DNA of 64,000 nucleotides from Mobula hypostoma (Eukaryota): assembly GCF_963921235.1 (NCBI RefSeq), contig NC_086108.1, positions 96,102,001 through 96,166,000 of the forward strand. The letters are read 5' to 3'. The translations under genes and the position numbers were made by a program. Shown here piece by piece: positions 1 through 13,073 of the stretch; the stretch's first letter is position 1; every line of letters starts with the position of its first letter. The notes below the pieces were generated by a model, which was not told the DNA's origin, did no database searches, and saw only the letters and a program-made list of their open reading frames with translations.

Positions 1-278
1 TTAAGGGTGAAAGGTGAGAAGTTTAAGGGGAACGTGAGGAGAAGCTTCACCATTCAGAGGGTCATGACAGTGTGAAACAAGCTGCCAGCATAAGTGCTGC
101 ATGCGAGCTCGATTTCAATGGTTAAGAGAAGTTTGGACAGGTACTGTACATGATGGTAGGAGGACTATGGTCCTGGTGCAGGTCAATGAGAGTAGGCAGT
201 TTAAATGGTTTGGCACAGACTAGATGGGCCAAAAGGCCTGTTTCTGTGCCATACTTTCCTATGACTCTACGACTCTAT
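1..278 (+). mobile_element. CR1-type LINE 3' end (truncated by window start)
   Basis: Decayed ORF2 C-terminus (..RVKGEKFKGNVRRSF..QRV..) then 3' hairpin GGGCCAAAAGGCC and a (TGACTCTA)-like tail, resembling the end of the CR1 at 35065-38907. Confidence 0.8.
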
Positions 279-439
279 AACATTACCCCGCTCCAATGAA
301 CTTTTACTCAAATGTCCCTATATACTCAAGTTGCTCAGTGGCTGCGTTTGCCTGATCGCATTTCTTAGTAATTTTTTAATGTTAAGGAAGCATAATTGAA
401 ATGCTTTCCTTTTAATACATTAAAGCATGCTCACAACTT

Positions 440-535
440 TCTAACTCTAACCCATAATTGTTGGAATGTGGGAGGAAACCAGAGCACCCGGGGAAACACA
501 TGTGGTCATAGGTAGAATGTACGAACTCCTTATAA
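440..535 (-). mobile_element. V-SINE/HE1-like SINE fragment
   Basis: TGTGGGAGGAAACCAGAGCACCCGGGGAAACACA is the reverse complement of the V-SINE central domain as I recall it; a second copy lies at 51.2-51.4 kb. Confidence 0.6.
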
Positions 536-1034
536 TCAACTTAGGTTGGAGACTGAACTTCAAAAAACTGCTGCTCAGCTGCAGGTAATACATCGAAGGT
601 TGCAGAAAAATAATTATTTACATTTTTTATTAATGGCGGTAACTTGCAAAAAGTTAGTGGCATGTTTGTTCAGTTTGGAGGGGAAAGAGCTTAAACAAAA
701 ACAAACTTTTTGAAAGCATTGCATGCCAGCTAATAATGGTGCTGTTTTGTGGTTCCTATTGAGAACCAGCTGCCTCCTTCCTTGGGCATTAATCCCAGGG
801 TGATAATCTTCAGTGAGGATTGAAGACTGAACTACCAGCACTCAGAACTGTTGGCCAGGAGTGGGAATGGAGAGTTTAAGCTGAACACTCTCACACTCAA
901 GCTTGAGGAGATGTGGCCTTCATACCTGCTCCAATCCTACCCTGGGAGGAAGTCCCACTGGCTAGCTGACTTCCGCTCCTGACCAGATAGGCTAACTCCG
1001 AGTCCTCTGTAGGTAGTCAACCATATTCAACATA

Positions 1035-1570
1035 CATTTGGTGGCCACTACATTAGGTACACCTGTACACTGGCATGCTAATCAGCCAATTATGTGGCAG
1101 CAACTCTCTGCATAAAAGCATTCAGACATGGTCAAGAGGTTCAGCTGTTGCTCAGATGAAGTATCAGAATAGGGAAGAGATGTGATCTAAGTGACTTTGA
1201 CCATGGAACAATTGTTGGTGCCAGACAAGGTGGTAGAGTATCTCAGGAAATGCTGATCTCCTGGGATTTTCACACACAACAGTCTCTAGGGTTTACAGAA
1301 AATGTGCAAAAAACAAAAAAAAAATCCAGTGAGCGGCAGTTCCGTGGGAAAAAGTGCCTTATTAATGAGAGAGGTCAGAGGAGAACGGCCATAGCTGACA
1401 GTAATTCAGATAACCACATGTTACAACAGCGGTGTGCAGAAGAGCATTTCTGAATACACAACATGTCGACCCTTGAAGTGGATGGGCTAAAGCAGCAGAA
1501 GATCACCAACATACACTCAGTGGCCACTTTTTTAGCTCCAGGAGGCGCCCAATAAAGTGTCCTCTTAGTG
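1035..1570 (+). mobile_element. Tc1/mariner internally deleted derivative
   Basis: TA-flanked degenerate TIRs (TA-CATTTGGTGGCCACTACATTAGG ... CCAATAAAGTGTCCTCTTAGTG-TA) and a remnant of the transposase N-terminal HTH (..CDLSDFDHGTIVGARQGG..ADLLGFSHTTVSRVY..). Confidence 0.8.
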
Positions 1571-1595
1571 TATTTCCTTATTGTCATGAACTCAA

Positions 1596-3470
1596 CGCCT
1601 TCTATACACACTTTGAAAGGGAGGATACAACCACAACAGTGACAACCCCTGCTGCACCTGATGACCCTGTGATCTCCGTCTCAGAGGCTGATATTAGCCT
1701 GACTTTAAAGAGCAGGAACCCTCGCAAGGTGGAAGATCCAGATGGACTACCTGGTAAGGCTCTGAAAACCTGTGCCAACCAACTAGCGGGAGTATTCAAG
1801 GGCATTTTCAATCTCTCACTGCTAAAGACAGAAGTTTCCACTTGCTTCAAAAAGGCAACAATTATACCAATGCCTAAGAAGAATAATGTGAGCTGCCTTA
1901 ATAACTGTCGCTTGGTAGCACTCACATCTACTGTGATGAAATGCTTTGAGAGGTTGGTCATGACTCGAATGAGCTCCTGCCTCAGCAAGGACCTGGATCC
2001 ATTGCAGTTTGCCTATTGCCACAATCGCCATTGTCGTGGCTATCCGTCGAGGTTGAGGATGATGGTCTTCGTTCTGTTGATCAAGTGGCCCACAGAGTGA
2101 AGATGCCTGTGCGTGTATTTGTTTAACATGTACTTGATGTTGCACTCCAAGAAGCACATGATACTTCACAAATCAATCAACTGATTCCAATGGCATACCA
2201 CAATAGGTCAATGGCAGACACAATCTCAATGGCTCTTCGCATGGCTTTAGACCACCTGGACAACACAAACACCTATGTCAGGATGTTGTTCATTGACTAT
2301 AGCTCAGCATTTAATACCATCATTCCCACAATCCTGATTGAGAAGTTGCAGAACCTAGGCCTCTGTACCTCCCTCTGCAATTGAATCCTTGACTTCCTAA
2401 CTGGAAGACCACAATCTGTGTGGATTGGTGATAACATCTCCTCCTCACTGACGATCAACACTGGTGCACCTCAGGGGTGTGTGCTTAACCCACTGCTCTA
2501 ATCTCTATATACCCATGATTGTGTGGTTACACATACTTCAAATACCATCTGTAAATTTGCTGATACAACCATTGTTGGCAGAATCTCAGGTGGTGACAAG
2601 AGGGCGTACAGGAGTGAGATATGCCAACTAGTGGAGTGGTGTTGCAGCAACAACCTGGCATTCAACGTCAGTAAGATGAAAGAGCTGATTGTGGACTTCA
2701 GGAAGGGTGAGACGAAGGAAAACATACCAATCCTCATAGAGAGATCAGCAGTGGAGAGAGTGAGCAGTTTCAAGTTCCTGGCTGTCAAGATCTCTGAGGG
2801 TCTAAACTGGTCCCAACATATTGATGCAGTTATAAAGAAGGCAAGACAGCAATTATACTTTATAAGGAGCTTGAAGAGATATTGCATGTCAACAAATATA
2901 CTCAAAAACTTCTATAATTGTACCACGGAGAGCATTCTGACAGGCTGTATCACTGTCTGGTATGGGGGTGCCTACTGCACAGGACCGAAAGAAACTGCAG
3001 AGGATTGTAAATTCAATTGGCTCCATCTTGGGTACTAGCCTACAATGTACTCAGGACATCTTCAAGGAGTGGTGTCTCAGAAAGGCAGTGTCTATTATTA
3101 AGGACCTCCAGCACCCAAGGCATGCTCTTTTCTCACTGTTGCCGTTGGGTTGAAGGTACAGAAGCCTGAAGGCACACACTCAGCGATTCAGGAACAGCTT
3201 CTTCCCCTCTGCCATCCAATTCCTAAATGGACATTAAACCCTTGGACACTACCTCACCTTTTTAATATATAGTATTTCTGTTGTTTGCACAATTTTTTAT
3301 CTATTCAATATAGGTATACTGTAATTGATTTAGTTATTTATTTATTATAATTATTATTTTATTTTATATTTATTTTCTTCTATATTATGTATTGCATTGC
3401 ACTGCTGCTGCTAAATTAACAAATTTCACGTCACATGCCGGTGATAATAAACCTGATTCTGACTCTGATT
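1596..3470 (+). mobile_element. Rex1/Babar LINE, 5'-truncated, decayed RT
   Basis: RT motifs [46 protein letters not shown] over several broken ORFs; 3' end AATAAACCTGATTCTGACTCTGATT. Confidence 0.9.
2026..2195 (-). mobile_element. 170-bp retroposed insertion (possibly RTE-type 3' end) inside Rex1
   Basis: Interrupts the RT between LQFAYCHN and HNRS; flanked by a 9-bp TSD, TGCCACAAT (2017-2025) / TACCACAAT (2196-2204). Family and strand are tentative. Confidence 0.65.
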
Positions 3471-4014
3471 TGCCCAAGCCTGTGTACAATGATCATTCTC
3501 CGCACTCTTCCCTCCTACAGCTGCCACGTACACTACTCTCCCTGACTAACAGAGCAGGTCAGTGTGTGAGTGTGAGAAAGAGAAAAGTAAGCATGCCAAG
3601 GACTGAATGAGCAGATAACTCTCACCGAACAATTGGAGGTCCACTATTGCAGAATCAGCAATTTCCAATAAATCACAATTAATCTTCAGCAATATTCACT
3701 TTATTACCATACTGTCCTGCCTATGAGCAATAATACAACAAAACATTACAACAAAAGATTCGTGAAATGTACAGAAGTGTATTATTTTGCTTCCCCTATT
3801 TCTGTTTTTTTCAAGTAAACATCTTGTAAAACAACGACTGATTTGAAGATCATTTCCTTATGAAGGAAATCCTCATTGGCATAGTACTGTTGATGGTCAT
3901 CAAATGCTGTTTTCTTATTTAGTGACATGATTACATTTTCTCATGTCAATAATATTTTTGATGATGGAATCTGAACAAAAGACTGATACTAAACATCCTG
4001 TTGTTTTTTCCACA

Positions 4015-6010
4015 CCAGAATTAGATTTAATATCAGTGGTATATGTCATGAAATTTGTCAAATTTGCGGCAGCAGTACAATACAATACATGACAATATAG
4101 AAAAATAAATAAGTTAATCAATTACAGTAAGTATATATATATATAAATACTTATATTAAAAATAGTGCACAAACAGAAATAATAATAGTGAGGTGGTCTT
4201 CATGGGTTCAATGTCCATTCAGGAATCGGATGGCAGAGGGGAAGAAGCTGTTCCCAAATCGCTGAGTATGTGCCTTCAGGCTTCTGTATCTCCTTCCTGA
4301 CAATAACAATGAGAAGAGGGCATGCCTTGGGTGATGGGTGTCCTTAATAATGGACGGCACTTTTCTAAGGCATCCTTGAAGGTGTCTTGGATACTACAGA
4401 GGCTAGTTCCCAAGATGGAGCTGACTAATTATACAACTTTCTGTAGCTTCTTTCGATCCTGTGCAGTAGCCCCCCTGCCCATACTAGACAGGGATGCAGC
4501 CTGGCAGAATGCTCTCCACAGTACATCTGTAGAAGTTTTCAAGCGTTTTAGGTGACAAATCAAAACTCCTTAAACTCCTAATTAAAGAAGCCACTGTCTT
4601 TTTAGCTGCAACAATATGTTGGGACAGGTTAGATCCTCAGAAATACTGACATCCAGGAACTTGAAATTACTCACTCTCTCCTTCTCTGATCCCTCTATGA
4701 GGATTGGTTTGTGTTCCCTCGTCTCACCCTTTCTGAAGTCCACAATCAGATCTTTGGTCTTACTGACACTGAGGGCGAGGTTGTTGCTGCAGCACCACTC
4801 AGCTATCTCTATATCTCACTCCTGTACACTTCCTTGTCTCCATCCAAGATTCTACCAACAATGGTGGTGTCATCAGCAAATTTACAGATGGCATTTGAGC
4901 TACACCTAGCCACACAGTCATGGGTATAGAGAGAGTAGAGCAGTGGGTTAAGCACACATCCCTGAGGTGCGCCATTATCAATTGTCAGCGAGGAGGAGAT
5001 GTTATTACCAATCCATACAGATTGTGGTCTTCCAGTTTGGAAGCTGAGGATCCAATTGCAGAGGGAAGTACAGAGGCCCAGGTTCTATAGCTTATTGATT
5101 AGGACTGTGGGAATGATGGTGTTAAACGCTGAACTATGGTTAATAAACAGCATTCTGACATACAGTAGGTGTTTATACTGTCCAAGCAATCTAGGACCAT
5201 GTGAAGAGCCATTGAGATGGTGTCTGCTCTAGACTTATTGTGGCAATAGGCAAATTACAGTGGGTCCACGTCTTACCTGAAACTGGTGTTGATTCTATCC
5301 ATAACCAACTTCTCAATGCATTTCATCACGTAGATGTGAGTGCTACTGGCTGGTAGTCATTAAGGCAACTCACACTACTCCTCTTGGGCACCGGTATAAT
5401 TGCTACCCTTTTGAAGAAGGTGGGAACTTCCAACCGTAGCAGTGAGAGGTTTAAAATGTCCTTGAATACACCCATCAGTTGGTTGGCACAAGTTTTCAGA
5501 GCCTTACCGGGTACTCCATTGGGGCCTGTCATCTTGCAAGGGTTCAGTCTCCTGAAAGAAAGCCTGACATTGGTTTCCAAGACAGAGATCACAGGGTAAC
5601 CAGGTATAGCAGGGATCTCCACAGATGGAGTTATATTTTCCCTTTCAAAGCGGGCATAGAAGGCATTGAGCTCATCTGATGGTGAAGTGTCACTGCCATT
5701 CACGCTATTGGGTTTCGCTTTGTAGGAAGTAATGTCCTGCAAACCCTGCCAGAGTTGCTGTGCATCCAATGTCGCCTCCAAGCTCATTCAAAACAGCCTT
5801 CTGCAAGTCATACCTGGTTCTCTTGTACAGACCTGGGTCACCAGACTTAAATGCCACAGATCTAGCCCTCAGTAGATGACAAACCTCCTGGTTCATCCAT
5901 AGCTTTTGGTTTGGGAATGTACAACAAGTTTTCGTAGGCACACACTCATCCACACAGGTTTTAATTAAGTTGTTAACAACCGCAGCATACTCAGCCAGAT
6001 TCGAAGATGT
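4015..6010 (-). mobile_element. Rex1/Babar LINE, 5'-truncated, decayed
   Basis: Minus-strand ORFs (GPNGVPGKALKTCANQL..YQPVALTST; FPNQKLWMNQEV) are homologous to the 1596-3470 copy; reverse-complement tail near 4017. Confidence 0.9.
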
Positions 6011-8062
6011 TACTATTAGTTCCAAAGTTCGTGTTAGCTGGCCAGTGTTAGGGTTAAGGACATCTCCTCAGGGAAGGAGACATATTTGAGAGGGGGATGA
6101 TCCAGTTATCCCCTCTATGTGGGAAATAGGATCGAAGATTGGACTGAGAAGGTGATTCTGCTGAAGATTATGAAGAACTAGGGTCCCTGCCTGAAACAAA
6201 ACATAAAAATATTAATCACTGGAATACTCCTGAATCATATCGGATAGATTACGAGAATATGGCAAGTGTGTATGCAACTGATTGATCGTGCAATGAATCG
6301 ACTGGACCTCCTACGTGTGGACAGCTCTCTTATGTTTTGCGCGGGCTTTCCAGTGTTCATATTTTCATCATGATGGGCCTGGTTGGTCAATCCGATAAGA
6401 CTATAGGAGCAGAATTAGGCCACTTAGCCCATCAAGTATGCACCAGCATTCAGTCATGGTTGATTTACTATCTCTCTCAATCCCATTTCCTTGCTTCCCT
6501 TCTCAAGCTTATTCCCTGTAACCTTTGAAGCCCTTACTAATCAAGAACCTATAAACTTAGGCTGAGTCGACATAGTAAGTAACCTATAAACCTCTGCTTT
6601 AGATACACTCAATGATCTGCACTACACAACTATCTGTGGCAATGAATTCCACAGATTCCCCACCCTCTGACTAAAGAAATACCTCCTAATCTCTGTTCTA
6701 AAGGTTTGTCCTTCTATTCTAGACTCTACCTCTATAGGAAACATCCTCTCCATGTTCACTATATCTAGGCCTTTCAATATTGGATAGATTTTCATGATAT
6801 CCCCCCCCCCAACCCCCTTTCTCCTAAATTCCAGTGGCCCAGAGCCATCAAATGCTCCTCATAAAACCCTCTCATTCCAGAATCTTTCTCATGAACCTCC
6901 TCTGAACCCTCTCCAAACCCAGCACATCCTTTCTTAGATCAGGGGCCCAAAACTACCAATAAGACTCCAAGTGAGGTCTGATCAATACCTTATGAAACAT
7001 AAGCATTGCATCCTTGCTTTTGTATTCTAGTCCTCTTGCAATGAATCCTAATATTGTACTTGCCTACCTTACCACCATCTCAGCTTGGAAGTTAACCATT
7101 AGGGAATCCTGCAGGAGGACTCCCAAGTCTCTTTGCATCTCTGATTTCTGAATTTTTTACCTGGTGAGAAAATATGCCCTTATTCCTTCTATCAAAGTGC
7201 ATGACCATACACATCCCGACACTATATTCCACCTGCCACTTTTTTTGTCCATTCTCCCAATCTGTCTAATGACTTCTGCAGACTTCCTGCTCTCTCAACA
7301 CCACCTGCACCTTTACCTATCATCGTATTGCTACAAAGTCATCAATTCCATCATCCAAATCATTGACAAATAATGTGAAAAGATGCCATCCCAACACCAA
7401 CTCCTGCAGGACACCACTAGTCAATGGCTGCTAACCAGAAAAGGCCCCTTTTATTCCCTTTCTTTACCTCCTGCCAGACAGCTAATCTTCTATCTATGCT
7501 AGTATCTTTCCTGGAATACCATGGGCTCTTCTCTTGTTTGGCAACCTAATGTGCAGCACCTTGTCAAAGGCCTTCTGAAAATCTAAATAAACAGCATCCA
7601 CTGACTCTTATTTGGCTATCCTGGCTGTTATTTCCTCAAAGAATTCCTACAGATTTGTCAGGCAAGAATTCCCCTTAAGGGAATCATGCTGACTTTGACC
7701 TATTTTATCATGTGCCCCAAAACCTCATCCTTAATAATGGACACCAACATCTTCCCAACTAGCCTACAATTTCCTTTTCTTTGCCTCCCTCCCTTCTTAA
7801 AGAGAGAAGTGATGTCTGCAATTTTCCAGAAACATTCCAGAATATAGTGATTCCTGAAAGATCAATACTACTTCCTCCACAATCTCTTCAGCTACCTCTT
7901 TCAGAACACTGGGGTGTACACCATCTGGTCCAGGTAACTTATCTACATTCAGATATTTCAGCTTCCCAAGCACCTTCTCCTTAGTAATAGCAATTACTAA
8001 GAAATTCTCGAATTTTTGGCATGCTGCTGATGTCTGACACAAAACACTTCTTAAGTTCTTCT

Positions 8063-8281
8063 AAACAACACGCACAAAATGCTGGAGGAACTCAACAGGC
8101 TAGGCAGCATCTAGGAAAAGAGTAAACAGTCGACATTTCCGGCTGAAACATTTCGCCAGGACTGTCAAAGGGCTTTGGCCCAAAATGCCAGCTGTACTCT
8201 TTTCCTAGATGCTACCTGGCCTGCTGAGTTCCTCCAGCATTTTGTGTGTGTTGCTTGGATTTCCAGCATCTGCAGATTATC
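8063..8281. mobile_element. Fold-back Penelope-derived short element with 14-bp TSD
   Basis: Two inverted arms (CACAAAATGCTGGAGGAACTCA..GCAGCATCTAGGAAAAGAGTA / TACTCTTTTCCTAGATGCT..TGAGTTCCTCCAGCATTTTGTG); TSD TCTTAAGTTCTTCT at 8049-8062 and 8282-8295; same sequence as the 3' UTR of the GIY-YIG element at 55968-56425. Confidence 0.85.
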
Positions 8282-8519
8282 TCTTAAGTTCTTCTGCCAT
8301 TTCTTTGTCCCCCATTACTACCTCTCTTGTGTCATTTTCCAGCAGTCCAATATCTACACTTGCTTCTCTTTTACTCTTTACATACCTGAAAAAAACTTTT
8401 GGTATCCTCTTGTATATTATTGGCTATCTTATCTTCGTATTTTATCTTTTCTCCCCTTGTGGCTTTTCTCGTTGCCTTCTGTTGTTTTTAAAAGCTTGCC
8501 AATCTTCTGACTTCCCACT

Positions 8520-9043
8520 GAGGCCCTCCGTTGGTCGAGGTTGACTATAGATGTCAGATCCCAGCTGTCCACGTGAAATGCAAGCCAGTACAATATGGAG
8601 AGAAAGCTGTTGCCATGTAGCAAGCTCCCCCTCTCCATTCAGCTGATGAATCCAAAGGAACAGCAGAGACCAAAACAGTTCGGCATCAGCTGCATTGCAA
8701 GAGTAGCCAGTCAGTGTTGAACTCAACATAGCACTGCCTTAGGGACTCCAGCTCCAAATATTTCCTCAGGGTTTACACCCAAAGCCTTCCCCATGAGTGG
8801 GTATAGCTACAAGGCAGCAGAGGTTTGAGATCAGAGTTTTCCTTCTCCTTGATGAACCCCATCTGCCCAAAAGCGACTGGTTTTGAGGTGCCTGTAACCT
8901 GCCTTTGCCCTTTCTGATGTCAGTAGAAATGATTCCACGGCCTTAGTAGCTAAGCCACACATGAAGGCCAGGAGCTGAACTTGGTTGTCAGAGGCTATTT
9001 GAGATGCACGCCACTGAGAACTTTTAATAGGTAGTTGGATCTA
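8520..9043 (-). mobile_element. 524-bp retroposed insertion (possibly RTE-related non-autonomous element) inside CR1
   Basis: Perfect 10-bp TSD ACTTCCCACT (8510-8519 / 9044-9053); left end shares GTCGAGGTTGA with the 2026-2195 insertion. Family and strand are tentative. Confidence 0.65.
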
Positions 9044-10471
9044 ACTTCCCACTAACATTTGCTATATTATATGCCCTCTCTTTTGCTTTTATACTGTCTC
9101 TGACTTCCCTTGTCAGTCACGGTTGCCCCATCCTCTCATTAGAATACTTCTTATTCTTTGGGATCTATCTGTCCTGTGTCTTTCAAATTGCTCCCAGAAA
9201 CTCCAGCCACTGCTGTTCTGCCGTCATCCCTGCTAGCATCTCCTTCCAATCAGCTTTGGCCAATTGCTCTCTCATGCTTCTGTAATTGTTTTTTTTTCCA
9301 CTGTAATACAAATACATCTGATTTTATCTTCACCCTCTCAAACTGCAGAGTGAAGTCCATCATATTATGACCATTGCCTCCTAAAGCCCTTACCTTAAGC
9401 TTCCTAAACAAATTTGGTTCATCGCACATCAGCCAATCCAGAATTGCCTTTTCCCTAGTGAGCTCAAAGAGAAGCTGCTCTGAAAAGACATCTCATAGGC
9501 ATGCTACAAATACTTTCTCTAGGGATCCAGCACCAACCTGATTTTCCCAATCTACCTGCATTTTGAAATCCCCCACGATTATTGTAGCCTTTTTTACATG
9601 CATTTTCTACTTCCCATTGAAATTTATATCTCACATCTGGGTACTGTCCAGACACCTGTATATAGCTCTACCCACAAGGATTCTACATCTTCCAATCCTA
9701 TGTCACCTCTTTCAAGGATCTGAGGTTTCATTTTTTAGCAATGCTCCTGCATTATAAGTTCCCAGCATGTACCTTGGCTAACATGACTCAGTAAATACGT
9801 CTAATTCTACTACTCCATTATCGTTCTTGCTCTGTGCATATGTAATAACTACCTGAACCACTTACATTTTTGATTATGATCACTTAGATTAGTCAACTAC
9901 ATACCTGTCTGGAAGATTAATCTTGGATAAATGGATTTTGAATCATGGAATGCTGCCACTAGTACTGGGAGAAGAGGGAAATATTACACTGAGACAAACT
10001 TCACTTAAATTCAAGTGGGACTAATGCCAAGTGGGTAGCTGAAGAGATTGTGGGGGAAATTTAGAAAGCTGAATGAGAAAGGACATGGGTAATGGAAAGT
10101 AAAATATGTGATGAAAGACCAGATCATACAAAGAGTACACCTCCAATTAGAGTCAGAGCCTGGAAAAATGTTGTTACACAAGACCAAAGATTCCATCTGA
10201 ATGCATGATACATTAGGAATAGGACTGACAAATTAATGGTACAAGTAGGAATACAGTCTAATTATGGGCACCATAAAACAATCATTTTTAAAAAGTGGTT
10301 GCAAAGTCACCGAGGAATTAAATATTCCCAGATGCTTAAATTTGAGAAGAAATTAGAAAAGCATAAGTGGCATCAGTTGGGATAGAGCTGAGTAAGATCA
10401 GGAAACATCGGTGACCGTTGCTTATGGGTCCCTTAAAACAGTATGGGAAAGCAGAGCAAGGTGTCAAACAT

Positions 10472-10770
10472 AAACACAAGAGTTTCTGCCGATACTGGAG
10501 GTCCAGAGCAACACACACAAAATGCTGGAGGGACTCAGCAGGTCAAGCAGCATCTATGGAAAGGAGTGAAGAGTCAACGTTTCGAGCTAAGAACCTTCAG
10601 CAGGACTGGAGAGAAAGGGGAAAGGAGCCGGAATAAGAAGGTGGGGAAGGGGAAGGAGTACAAGCTAGAAGGTGATGGGTGAAGCCAGATGAGGGGGATG
10701 GTAGGTGGGTGGAGATGGGGGATGGAGTGAGAAGCGGGGAGGTGATAGATGGAAAAGGTAAAAGTCAGGA
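10472..10770 (-). mobile_element. Penelope-like element 3' UTR fragment
   Basis: Same order of motifs as 55968-56425, including a degenerate hammerhead motif at 10572-10607 and a purine-rich (+ strand) tract. Confidence 0.75.
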
Positions 10771-10799
10771 AATTAAAGGTGGATATAACAAACGATACA

Positions 10800-11320
10800 C
10801 ATCATGGAGTGTTTGGGTTGTCCAGGGAGGGGTAGCACCTCTGGTGGCAGGCTTCCCGTGCTCCGCCCAGGGGCAGCTCATCCTCTCTTGGTCCCCACCT
10901 GCCACCCAGCTCTCACCTGTGGCTCCAGGTAATTGGTTGCATGAGATAGTGGCCACTCCCCCCGGTACACCGCTTCGATGGGCCCGCTAAACCAGGCGAG
11001 ATAGCAATACGCTCACCCCAATATGTGAAGCCAGTTCCGGCAGACTTCATGGATGAGATCAACTACAAGATCAAATGGCTACGGAGCTGCAACACTTTGT
11101 GGATTGAAAAGGGAATGACAAGGCACAGAAGGTGTCATGGCTATCAACTGCAGCCGAGGAAATCTCCAGTCGTGATGATTTTCTGTACAATCGGACCAAG
11201 ATATCTGAGGCCAAGAGAGTGGAACTGCCCCAATGCAATGGCTTTTTCACTATAAAGCTTCTCCCGCAAAGGTATCATCATTGTCGGAAATGACGTACAA
11301 CCGACACCACCAACACGTGT
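10800..11320 (+). mobile_element. Probable RTE-related non-autonomous retroposon
   Basis: GC-rich block (GGGAGGGGTAGCACCTCTGGTG..CCCAGCTCTCACCTGTGGCTCC) resembling RTE 5' regions as I recall them, ending in a CAC/CAA-rich tail; no TSD found. Confidence 0.4.
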
Positions 11321-11431
11321 CATGGAAGAATAATCTACATCTAAATTGGTAAATTAAGTAGAAGTAAGGGTGTGGAGAAAGAATTCATGGAATGCATACA
11401 TGTTGTTTCTTGCAGGTACAGTATGTTAACT

Positions 11432-11755
11432 ATTCTGGTGGGGGAGTCTAGGACCAGAGGCCACAGCCTCAGAGTGGAGGGATGTCCGTTTAGGATGGAG
11501 ATGAAGAGGAATTTCCTTAGCCAGAGAGTGGTGAATCTGTGGAATTCATTGCAACAGGTGGCTGTGGAGGCCAGGTCATTGAGTGTATTTAAGGAGGAGG
11601 TTGATAGATTCTTGATTAGTCAGGGCATGAAAGGTTATGGGGAGAATGCAGGACAATGGGGCTGAGAGGGAACTGGATTTACCATGATGAAATAGTGGAG
11701 CAGACTCAAAGGGCTGACTGACCTAATTCTGCTCCTATGCCTAATGGTCGTATGA
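11432..11755 (+). mobile_element. CR1-type LINE 3' end
   Basis: ORF remnant SRTRGHSLRVEGCPFRMEMKRNFLSQRVVNLWNSL is the CR1 ORF2 C-terminus. Confidence 0.85.
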
Positions 11756-12169
11756 ATGTCGCATTATACAATTAATAACCAGAGAATCATAGAGTACAGT
11801 AATAGACCATTTGGCCCAACTCATCCCTATTAATCCTATTGCCCAGCACTTCGTCCTGAGCCCTCTATGCTTAAGCAATTTAAGTGCTCTCATGGACAAT
11901 TGTTAAATTCTATCAACAACTCAGCTTCACCCACTCAGTCAAGCAGTACTTACCCCTCTCTGGTTGAAGAAGGTCCCCCACATTTCCCTTACCCTAAATC
12001 TATATTCTCTAGTTTTATCTACCTCTGATACAGGGAAGGTTACCTAGTCAACCCTCTCTATAAACCTCACAATTTTATATATGTCAATCATGTTCCCTTG
12101 TCATCTCATGCAACATTTCAGTTATGAGGAGACACTGGAGAACAAGCCAAGCTTCTCCAGTCCCATCAC

Positions 12170-12882
12170 AAACAGGACAAAATCTGCAGATACGAGGAAA
12201 TCTGCAGATGCTGGAATTTCAAGTAACACACATAAAAATTGCTGGTGAATGCAGTAGGCCAGGCAGCATCTCTAGGAAGAGGTACAGTCGACGTTTCAAA
12301 CTTCCCCCGAAACGTTGACTCTACCTCTTCCTGAAAATCTGCAGATGCTGGAAATCCAGGCAACACACACAAAATGCTGGAGGAACTTGGCAGGCCAGGC
12401 AGCATCTATAGAAAAGAGTACAGTTGACATTTCGGGCCAAGGCCCATCAGCAGGACTGGAGAAAAAAGATGAGTAGAGTTAAAAGGTGGGCGGAGGGGGG
12501 AGAAGGGCGAAACACAAGGTGATGGTGAAACCAAGAGGTGGGAGGGGTGAAGTAAAGAGCTGGGAAGTTGATTGGTGAAAGAGATACAGGGCTGGAGAAG
12601 GGGGAATCTGATAGGAGAGGACAGAAGGCCACGGAAGAAATAAAGAAAAGGGGGGAGGAGCACCAGAGGGAGACGATGGGCTGGCAAGGAGATAAGGTGA
12701 GAGAGAGAAAGGGGTATGGGGAATGGTGAAGTGGAGGGGCATTACCAGAAGTTTTAGAAATCGATGTTCATGTCATTAGGTTGGAGGCTACTCAAACTGA
12801 TGGCATGAACGTAAGGTGTTGTTCCTCCAACCTGAGTGTGGCCTCATCGCGACAGTAGAGGAGACTATGGATAGACATATCT
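12170..12882 (-). mobile_element. Penelope-like 3' fragment with a second fold-back copy (12192-12333) inserted in it
   Basis: GIY-YIG C-terminal remnant (ATLRLEEQHL..LQPNDMNIDF) plus 3' UTR; the nested insert is flanked by a 13-bp TSD, AAAATCTGCAGAT (12179-12191 / 12334-12346). Confidence 0.85.
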
Positions 12883-13073
12883 CCAGTCTCATGATTTGTA
12901 ACTGCACTATTCCATCCTAGGCACCTCGCAGATGAACTTCCTCTCCTCTCCAACCTATTATATCATTTCTATATTTTAATGCACAGAATTGCATACAGCA
13001 CTCCAACTGAGGTATTAGCAAGGTTTCATGAAGTCCAGGCATAACCTCTCTCCTCTGTATTCAATGCCATAAA

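Larger units (their letters stand above)
6397..9740 (-). mobile_element. Old CR1-type LINE (internally deleted, host to several insertions)
   Basis: Minus-strand remnants such as KLPGPDGVHPSVLKEVAEEIV; reverse-complement CR1 3' end at ~6400-6700. Confidence 0.8.

Noticed and set aside
10825..10890. HDV-like ribozyme in the RTE-like element (GGC-UUCCCGU-GCU resembles P3/L3)
   Set aside because: I could not build convincing P1, P2 and J4/2 elements by eye; it would need a descriptor search on the family consensus.
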